Below are positions 1 through 4,719 of a DNA stretch of 4,719 nucleotides, piece by piece (position 1 is the first letter of the stretch; each line of letters opens with the position of its first letter). The position numbers were made by a program, and so were the translations under genes. Origin of the DNA: a virus (Duplodnaviria; Heunggongvirae; Uroviricota; Caudoviricetes); the IMG/VR virus record IMGVR_UViG_2706794668_000007. One strand, written 5' to 3'. The notes under the pieces are model-generated. The model had not been told where the DNA came from and made no database searches. It worked only from the letters and a program-made list of their open reading frames with translations.

Positions 1-760
1 GGGGAATATCTCCCCGGCAGCCTTCAGGGAAAAATATCATCAGATGGCTGCTTAAAAAAAGAACAAATGGTAGTGTCCGCTATTGCCAGTACACCTCAGG
101 ATAGCGGTCATGTGATGCCGGTTTCCCGGTAACTCAGCACCGGTATCTGAGTCAACGTTTTCTCTACTGGGTCATTTCCGATACGCCCTGCCTGCTGACA
201 GGCTTTCATCACATCTGAAAATATAGCACCCTGACTGATACTGTAGTACCTAAGGTTCCAGAAACTGTGATGTATCCGGNNNNNNNNNNNNNNNNNNNNN
301 NNNNNNNNNNNNNNNNNNNNNNNNNNNNNNNNNNNNNNNNNNNNNNNNNNNNNNNNNNNNNNNNNNNNNNNNNNNNNNNNNNNNNNNNNNNNNNNNNNNN
401 NNNNNNNNNNNNNNNNNNNNNNNNNNNNNNNNNNNNNNNNNNNNNNNNNNNNNNNNNNNNNNNNNNNNNNNNNNNNNNNNNNNNNNNNNNNNNNNNCCAT
501 GGTTCTTTCCACCATCTGAAAAATAATTCTTTAAAATACCTGACATGTAATACAGAAAAAACACAAAACCATACCTTAAATAAAAACCTGATTATCAAGC
601 AGATATGCATGGATAAACTACAAGACGAGATATAAACCACCCTGCATTTAAATAAACAATAAACAACATCAGAAAAATAATTCTGCTCTATGGTTTACAT
701 TCAAAAATATCATTTATACTTTTCAGAACATCACCAGCAAGGCATAAACAAGGAAACTAA

Positions 761-1096
761 ATGAAGTGGATTGTGATTGATACAGTTATCCAGCCATCAT
801 GCGGAATATCTTTTTCAGTCATATGGAGTAAAATAAAATTAATAATCTGGTATCAATCGGATGCTTTCTTACCTCCTGAAAGTATATTTACACTGACTCA
901 CACAGGCATCATGCTCAATAACAAAGTGCTACCTGTAACCATTTACAACGTAGTACCATTCAATAAAACATTCTGGAATTCAATCAAAAATAGCCAGGAA
1001 TGCCCTACAAATACAGATAACGTATTGAATGAATGCTTTAATAACCGTTGCACTCTGCAAATATGTCCTTATGGACTAAAACAACAAAGTCCATAA
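761..1096 (+). CDS. Hypothetical 111-aa protein encoded in the AT-rich island; unknown function
   Basis: ATG at 761 is preceded by AAGGA (751-755) at 5-nt spacing. Open frame runs to TAA at 1094-1096. The protein has a hydrophobic N-terminal stretch and five Cys, four of them in the last 31 residues (ECPT, NECF, NRCT, ICPY). Six of the Ile codons are ATA. I recognise no homolog. The orientation is opposite to the phage late operon. Caveat: in AT-rich DNA open frames arise easily, and the last 10 codons lie inside a 12-bp inverted repeat. Confidence 0.4.
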   Translation: MKWIVIDTVIQPSCGISFSVIWSKIKLIIWYQSDAFLPPESIFTLTHTGIMLNNKVLPVTIYNVVPFNKTFWNSIKNSQECPTNTDNVLNECFNNRCTLQICPYGLKQQSP

Positions 1097-1099
1097 GGA
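1066..1099. repeat. Perfect 12-bp inverted repeat (tccttatggact / agtccataagga) with a 10-nt loop; overlaps the stop codon of ORF 761..1096
   Basis: Arms at 1066-1077 and 1088-1099 are exact reverse complements. No clean U-tract follows on either strand. Confidence 0.6.
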
Positions 1100-1115
1100 G
1101 TTTACTCACATCTGA

Positions 1116-1152
1116 CAAAATCAATATAAACAGCCCCTCCGGAGAGGGGCTG
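1116..1152 (-). terminator. Intrinsic terminator-like hairpin closing the tRNA-distal segment
   Basis: 9-bp GC-rich stem (1131-1139 cagcccctc / 1144-1152 gaggggctg) with a 4-nt loop. On the minus-strand transcript it is followed by TTTATATTGATTTTG (1116-1130). On the plus strand no T-tract follows, so the orientation is minus. Confidence 0.5.
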
Positions 1153-1347
1153 GAGAGTGGCGCTATGTGCCATTGCATGGTGCCGGGTGCCTCCCGGTGA
1201 ATTCAGTACCAGCACCTGAATCCGCGATTATCCCATATACCTACTCGCTGATTGCCCCTCCGCACAGGGGGATTCACCATGCCAGTTTCTTTTAACAAAC
1301 TCCCCGCAAAACAGACAACTGTCAACCGTCTGAATTGTGAGACATTT

Positions 1348-1373
1348 AAAAAAAAGGCCCGCAAAAGCGAGCC
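1348..1373 (-). terminator. Rho-independent terminator 15 nt downstream of the tRNA-Arg 3' end
   Basis: Minus-strand RNA reads GGCUCGC-UUUU-GCGGGCC (7-bp stem, six Watson-Crick pairs and one G-U) followed by eight U (plus-strand A-run 1348-1355). Confidence 0.65.
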
Positions 1374-1387
1374 AGGGAAAATAAGTG

Positions 1388-1464
1388 TGGCGCGTTGTAC
1401 TGGATTCGAACCAGTGACCGATTGCTTAGAAGGCAATTGCTCTGTCCGGCTGAGCTAACAACGC
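1388..1464 (-). tRNA. tRNA-Arg (anticodon UCU), 77 nt with encoded CCA
   Basis: Reverse complement of 1388-1464 is GCGTTGT TA GCTC AGCCGGACA GAGC A ATTGC CTTCTAA GCAAT CGGTC ACTGG TTCGAAT CCAGT ACAACGC G CCA. It folds into a full cloverleaf: 7-bp acceptor, 4-bp D stem, 5-bp anticodon stem, loop CU-UCU-AA, 5-bp T stem, T-loop TTCGAAT. Its position downstream of Q matches the rare-codon tRNA clusters (ileZ-argN-argO type) of Stx-like lambdoid phages. Confidence 0.85.
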
Positions 1465-1477
1465 ATGATGCAGATAA

Positions 1478-1512
1478 TGGACCGCCATCGGGGACTTGAA
1501 CCCCGCGCAGCC
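1478..1512 (-). tRNA. Second tRNA, 3' half only (T-arm, acceptor 3' strand, discriminator, CCA); 5' half lies in the N-mask; isotype undetermined
   Basis: Reverse complement of 1478-1505 reads CGGGG TTCAAGT CCCCG ATGGCGG T CCA, a canonical 5-bp T stem with a 7-nt T-loop, then a 7-nt acceptor strand, discriminator and CCA. It ends 13 nt upstream of the tRNA-Arg 5' end. The anticodon is masked. Confidence 0.5.
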
Positions 1513-1750
1513 NNNNNNNNNNNNNNNNNNNNNNNNNNNNNNNNNNNNNNNNNNNNNNNNNNNNNNNNNNNNNNNNNNNNNNNNNNNNNNNNNNNNNNNN
1601 NNNNNNNNNNNNNNNNNNNNNNNNNNNNNNNNNNNNNNNNNNNNNNNNNNNNNNNNNNNNNNNNNNNNNNNNNNNNNNNNNNNNNNNNNNNNNNNNNNNN
1701 NNNNNNNNNNNNNNNNNNNNNNNNNNNNNNNNNNNNNNNNNNNNNNNNNN

Positions 1751-2328
1751 GCCCGAGCGCCAGTGCCGCTTTCACTGTCGAACCCAACCCCATGAAAAAA
1801 TCTGCAATCAGGTCACCCGGACGACTGCTAGCGCTGATTATCTGCTGCAGCATTTCTGCCGGTTTTTCGCACGGATGTTTCCCGGGATAGAACTGCACCG
1901 GTTTATGCGTCCACACATCGGTATACGGCACCTGCACCGTCACGCCAAAATACCGCCGCAGATGTTTATATTCACTCAGCAGCTCCGCATACTGCCGGTT
2001 CAGTGAGGTATACGTATCCACCAGCTGGTGGTGGAGCTTTTCCAGTTCACCACGCCGATGCTTCTCTTCTGCCACCCGGGCAAACAGCGCCTGTAATTTC
2101 AGATAATCGCTTTCATTCGGCAACTGCCACTGACCGGCACTGAACCAGTGCGACACCATGTTTTTCTTTCCTGTGGCATCTGCAATCTGTTTTGCCGTTA
2201 TCCCCAGGGCAGCTCGCGCATCACGAAAGTAAGAAATCAGCGGGGCCATCACATGCTGTTTCAGTGCACTGCCCTTCGCCGCATACCCGGCATCTTTCGG
2301 ACGATACGGCCCCTGATAATGTTCCGCG
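1751..2328 (-). CDS. DNA methyltransferase, beta-class N6-adenine/N4-cytosine family (N6_N4_Mtase-like); internal fragment with both ends N-masked
   Basis: The visible 192 aa contain HPCEKPAEMLQQIISASSRPGDLIADFFMGLGSTVKAALALG, which matches the HP-x-x-KP ... GD-x-V/I-x-D-x-F-x-G-x-G-S/T-T AdoMet-binding block of this family. In beta-class enzymes that block is C-terminal, so the catalytic DPPY-type motif should lie upstream in the masked block 2329-2578. The 409-aa frame in the ORF track (1455..2684) is an artefact of reading through N and through the tRNA. Confidence 0.85.
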
Positions 2329-2602
2329 NNNNNNNNNNNNNNNNNNNNNNNNNNNNNNNNNNNNNNNNNNNNNNNNNNNNNNNNNNNNNNNNNNNNNNNN
2401 NNNNNNNNNNNNNNNNNNNNNNNNNNNNNNNNNNNNNNNNNNNNNNNNNNNNNNNNNNNNNNNNNNNNNNNNNNNNNNNNNNNNNNNNNNNNNNNNNNNN
2501 NNNNNNNNNNNNNNNNNNNNNNNNNNNNNNNNNNNNNNNNNNNNNNNNNNNNNNNNNNNNNNNNNNNNNNNNNNNNNNGTGAACCCAACGCATGAGCAGA
2601 TG

Positions 2603-2631
2603 GCTGGTGGGTGCCCCTAACACCCACCAGC
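2603..2631. repeat. Perfect 11-bp GC-rich inverted repeat (gctggtgggtg / cacccaccagc), 7-nt loop; function unknown
   Basis: Arms are exact reverse complements and extend to 12 bp with g2602/c2632. It lies just downstream (minus sense) of the 2646-2673 terminator and upstream of the methyltransferase. No U-tract follows on either strand. Confidence 0.6.
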
Positions 2632-2645
2632 CGCCCATTTACCAC

Positions 2646-2673
2646 AAATAAAAAAGCCTTCACTGCGGAAGGC
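2646..2673 (-). terminator. Rho-independent terminator overlapping the 3' end of the 65-aa ORF
   Basis: Minus-strand RNA reads GCCUUC-CGCAGU-GAAGGC (6-bp stem) followed by UUUUUUAUUU (plus-strand 2646-2655). Confidence 0.6.
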
Positions 2674-2857
2674 GTCTGTAACAACCGAACTGATAGTCTG
2701 CCAGACCCGCCATAACCAGCTGGGTCAGTATTAACTGGCAGCGTTCGCGTGAAAGGTAAGTATTCTGCGCTATCTCCCCGACTGTCGCCGGTTCGGTAAC
2801 GCTTAATTCATTAAACACCACTCTGGCGGTTTCTGTCATATCCTGCTGTTTTAGCAT
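2660..2857 (-). CDS. Hypothetical 65-aa protein with a winged-helix/HTH-like segment
   Basis: ATG at 2857-2855 is preceded by AAGGAAAAG on the minus strand. The segment PATVGEIAQNTYLSRERCQLILTQLVMAGL has the hydrophobic/Gly/Ser pattern typical of winged-helix DNA-binding domains. It sits between two intrinsic terminators inside the Q-dependent late transcription unit, directly upstream of the methyltransferase. Confidence 0.5.
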   Translation of the reverse strand: MLKQQDMTETARVVFNELSVTEPATVGEIAQNTYLSRERCQLILTQLVMAGLADYQFGCYRRLPQ

Positions 2858-2977
2858 GTCTTTTCCTTTTCCGGTTAACGTGACACACCAATAACTCTTG
2901 TCGAAAAAGCCAGCAAGCTGAAAGACAGGTATTCACCGCCACCAGCGCGTTTACTGTACTGACGCGATTTCAGTCAT

Positions 2978-3001
2978 AAAAAACCCGCTCGGCGGCGGGT
3001 T
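2978..3001 (-). terminator. Rho-independent terminator about 40-60 nt downstream of the pR' start (tR'-like)
   Basis: Minus-strand RNA reads AACCCGC-CGCCGA-GCGGGUU followed by a U-run (plus-strand A-run 2978-2983). Its position shortly after the late promoter matches the short terminated pR' transcript of lambdoid phages. Confidence 0.6.
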
Positions 3002-3036
3002 GTAGAAACTCTTCTAACGTCAGGCATAAAACGCCC

Positions 3037-3076
3037 ATCGTTATGACGAATTTACCACAGATTCCGGAAAAATCAA
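3037..3076 (-). promoter_or_regulatory. Late promoter pR' with lambda-type pause element (qut region)
   Basis: On the minus strand: -35 TTGATT (3076-3071), 16-bp spacer, extended -10 TGgTAAATT (3057-3049), then 6 nt and AACGAT (3042-3037). The run GGTAAATT-N6-AACGATGGG is nearly identical in sequence and spacing to the lambda pR' -10 and sigma70-dependent pause element as I recall it. It lies immediately downstream of the Q stop codon. Confidence 0.6.
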
Positions 3077-3081
3077 CCTTG

Positions 3082-3703
3082 TTACCTAGTTACCTTTTTT
3101 AACTGCCGCTCAGCCCATGCTTCTTCAATATCAAACCGGGTCACCAGCGCATCATAAAATTTCTTAACTGTTTTTTCCCATGACGCGCGTGTTATCTGGT
3201 TTGTCACCTCGCATATAGCATTAAATGCCTCCGTTGATGGTAGTCTTTCATAGCCACGACCACCACAACGCTGGCAGTCTCTGATAACAGGCATACCACG
3301 TTTTACCGACTCTTCACGATGAATGGCGACACCACGCCCACGGCAATCCTTACAGGCGGTGGAAACCTCACCCTTTCCGCCACACTCCGGACAGGCAACT
3401 TTTACCACCTCCCTGACTTTTTTCCATTCTTCCCAGTAAGACGGATACACACCTTTCGTACACTTTGCCCATACCGGCGGCTTACCATCCGGATACTGGA
3501 CCTTGTTTGTAAAAACTACGCTTTCAATAAATTTTTCCCCATAGCAACAAGGGCACTGCTTTTTACTCGCTGCGCTGCGGGCATAATCCTCAAAAGCGTA
3601 CGAAGCCATAATGCGCATCACTACCGGTTTTATTTCTGCCGGAAGTTTTCTCAACGCCGCCACACGATCGCACCGACTGAGTGCATAATCTGCCAGTAAT
3701 TCT
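3082..3703 (-). CDS. Q: Late antiterminator Q (lambda Q family), C-terminal 206 aa visible; N-terminus in N-mask
   Basis: The C-terminal region aligns with lambda Q as I recall it: AFEDYARSAA, CKDCRGRGV...DCQRCGGRGYERLP (Cys4 zinc-binding module), and ...FYDALV...KKVTR ending. An extra Cys-rich segment (CPCCYG ... CPECGGKG) is present upstream of the conserved finger. Stop TAA at 3084-3082; last codon is AGG. The N-terminal 19 aa of the track ORF (3954-4011) overlap rusA and are a read-through artefact. Confidence 0.85.
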
Positions 3704-3953
3704 NNNNNNNNNNNNNNNNNNNNNNNNNNNNNNNNNNNNNNNNNNNNNNNNNNNNNNNNNNNNNNNNNNNNNNNNNNNNNNNNNNNNNNNNNNNNNNNNN
3801 NNNNNNNNNNNNNNNNNNNNNNNNNNNNNNNNNNNNNNNNNNNNNNNNNNNNNNNNNNNNNNNNNNNNNNNNNNNNNNNNNNNNNNNNNNNNNNNNNNNN
3901 NNNNNNNNNNNNNNNNNNNNNNNNNNNNNNNNNNNNNNNNNNNNNNNNNNNNN

Positions 3954-4279
3954 AGACGTCCACCAGATACTGGCTGACCACGAACGATATTGATTTCATC
4001 AAACTGCTCATCGTCCATTAACACTCCCGCATGTGTCAGTGCATCCAGTGGTGCTTTCAGGATATTGTCCAGGTCACGACGGCGCTTATCCGGTGGCTCT
4101 GCAATAATCTTTATCGCCAGTCTTCCGGACAGGCTTAATTTCAGTCGCTGCTGACGGACAATAAGCGCCACATCCCGGCGATAACGCTCACCGGCTTTTG
4201 ATACAAAATATGTGTTGTCACGACGTCGCCAGTAAGTATTCACCGTCGGCGGATAAGGTAAAATAAACTCATGGCGCAT
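3954..4279 (-). CDS. rusA: RusA-family Holliday-junction resolvase, N-terminal 108 aa visible; about 12 C-terminal codons masked
   Basis: PPTVNTYW...DKRRRDLDNILKAPLDALTHAGVLMDDEQFDEINIVRGQPVSGGR matches E. coli RusA (PPSNNRYY...[30 protein letters not shown]...VTKGGR) as I recall it, including the catalytic acidic cluster. ATG at 4279-4277 overlaps the upstream stop by one nucleotide (TGATG). The 229-aa track ORF is rusA plus read-through across N. Confidence 0.8.
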
Positions 4280-4536
4280 CAGCGCAGCACCTCCTGCACC
4301 AGTTTTTCAAACTTTCCGACTCTGGTTTCCAGCTCTGCCACACAGTCCACCAGCTCATCTACTGCTTTCTGTGCGCGATGCTTCGCCTGCATCAGTTCCC
4401 GAAGCGCGGGTACCATATCTTTACGGATAGCGTCTTTTGTTATGCCCGTTTTTTCGAGTTGTTCAGCATGACGCAGCATTTCCTGCGCGTGTTTACGCAA
4501 TTGTTCAGGGGTAAAAGTCATTGTCTGGTTGTTCAA
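4279..4536 (-). CDS. Hypothetical nin-region protein, 80-85 aa, charged, predicted helical/coiled-coil; start ambiguous (TTG at 4536 or ATG at 4521)
   Basis: Open frame ends one nucleotide into the rusA start, which suggests translational coupling. GGAG lies 8 nt upstream of the TTG at 4536. The first ATG (4521) has no obvious Shine-Dalgarno. No family recognised. Confidence 0.55.
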   Translation of the reverse strand: MNNQTMTFTPEQLRKHAQEMLRHAEQLEKTGITKDAIRKDMVPALRELMQAKHRAQKAVDELVDCVAELETRVGKFEKLVQEVLR

Positions 4537-4688
4537 AAGAAACGCTCCATCTTACTGCTGTCAGTTCGTTTATTACTGTATCTGCGCGGATTGCCGGGCT
4601 TCATGGGAGTGGAAAGCACCCGTGCACTTTCCTGGTCCACAGGCAGAAAATGTCCGTAGACTGGCCCCCTGAATCTCCAGACAACCAG

Positions 4689-4708
4689 TATCACTTAAAT
4701 AAGTGATA
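4689..4708. repeat. 20-bp palindrome TATCACTT-AAAT-AAGTGATA (8-bp perfect arms); possible protein-binding site
   Basis: Arms at 4689-4696 and 4701-4708 are exact reverse complements. The TATCAC half-site resembles lambdoid operator half-sites. It is upstream (minus sense) of the nin-region ORF at the window edge. Confidence 0.5.
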
Positions 4709-4719
4709 GTCTTAATACT

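Noticed and set aside
108-640. Track ORFs 108..515, 209..640, 250..564 (minus) and 267..635 (plus)
   Set aside because: Each is mostly X from the masked block 280-496. The visible ends lack convincing start signals (GTG at 640 with no spacing to a Shine-Dalgarno) and lie in AT-rich sequence where hydrophobic pseudo-ORFs are common. The fragments may still belong to real genes, as noted in the findings.
820-900. Strong AGGAGG Shine-Dalgarno-like sequence on the minus strand (complement of 872-877) inside the island
   Set aside because: No ATG, GTG or TTG start lies within 5-10 nt downstream on the minus strand, and the nearest minus-strand ATG opens only a 21-codon frame.
520-1100. Shiga toxin (stxA/stxB) or another known toxin in the cargo slot
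   Set aside because: I looked for it because Q, the tRNAs and the terminators match the Stx-phage layout. Neither strand encodes anything resembling Stx A or B subunits, and the only ORF is 111 aa with no recognisable toxin motifs.
1203-1458. ORFs 1203..1436 (minus, 77 aa) and 1252..1458 (plus, 68 aa), the latter with an apparent GGGGGA Shine-Dalgarno before an internal ATG at 1279
   Set aside because: Both overlap the tRNA-Arg gene and its terminator, sense or antisense. Their amino-acid content reflects the tRNA and terminator sequence, and they are rich in rare Arg codons. Structured RNA explains the region better.
1465-2638. Plus-strand and short minus-strand ORFs 1465..1890, 1496..1795, 2148..2582, 2192..2620, 2261..2638
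   Set aside because: They are antisense to or out of frame with the methyltransferase, largely composed of masked X residues, and show no start signals or family resemblance.
1455-2684. 409-aa methyltransferase ORF as given in the track, with N-terminus MLQTPSAVKAFLFVVNGRLV... and C-terminus ...AARGSSPRWRSIICIMRC
   Set aside because: The N-terminal part (2580-2684) starts at a TTG and runs over two hairpins/terminators. The C-terminal part (1455-1512) is the tRNA cluster read as protein. Only 1751-2328 is credible coding sequence; the true ends are inside the masks.
3319-3977. Plus-strand ORFs 3319..3699 and 3681..3977 inside Q and rusA
   Set aside because: They are antisense to well-supported genes; one is almost entirely masked and neither has a ribosome-binding site.
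3590-4279. 229-aa ORF presented as a single protein
   Set aside because: It is the 108-aa visible part of rusA fused by read-through across the N-mask to out-of-context sequence inside Q. RusA-family proteins are about 120 aa.
4271-4706. Plus-strand ORFs 4271..4471, 4378..4659 and 4521..4706
   Set aside because: They are antisense to the nin-region ORF and rusA, low-complexity (Ser/Thr/Cys-rich) with no start signals. The last one runs through the upstream intergenic palindrome.
1-4719. CRISPR array, insertion sequence or transposon, integrase or attachment site
   Set aside because: There are no regularly spaced direct repeats, no transposase or integrase-like ORF, and no terminal inverted repeats flanking a unit. 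The tRNA genes sit inside the late operon with their own terminators rather than at a prophage boundary, so I do not read them as integration targets.

Overview
This window is the late-regulatory region of a lambdoid (lambda-like) prophage, enterobacterial in character, with every phage gene on the minus strand. Read in the direction of transcription (high to low coordinates) it runs: an 80-85 aa nin-region ORF, rusA, antiterminator Q, a lambda-type late promoter pR' with its pause element, a short-transcript terminator (tR'-like), a 65-aa winged-helix-like ORF, a second terminator, a DNA methyltransferase, a tRNA cluster (one complete tRNA-Arg UCU plus the 3' half of a second tRNA), two more intrinsic terminators, and an AT-rich island (about 520-1100) that carries a 111-aa ORF on the opposite strand. 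That island sits where Stx-type phages carry their toxin cargo; no toxin, CRISPR array or mobile element is visible. The antisense ORF in the island is the best candidate for something undescribed, but it is a single unrecognised small gene, not a demonstrable multi-gene system. Four N-masked blocks (280-496, 1513-1750, 2329-2578, 3704-3953) hide the methyltransferase ends, the Q start, the rusA end and the 5' half of the second tRNA, so several boundaries are estimates. All calls come from reading the sequence and recalling protein families and the lambda pR' sequence from memory; no database search was run.
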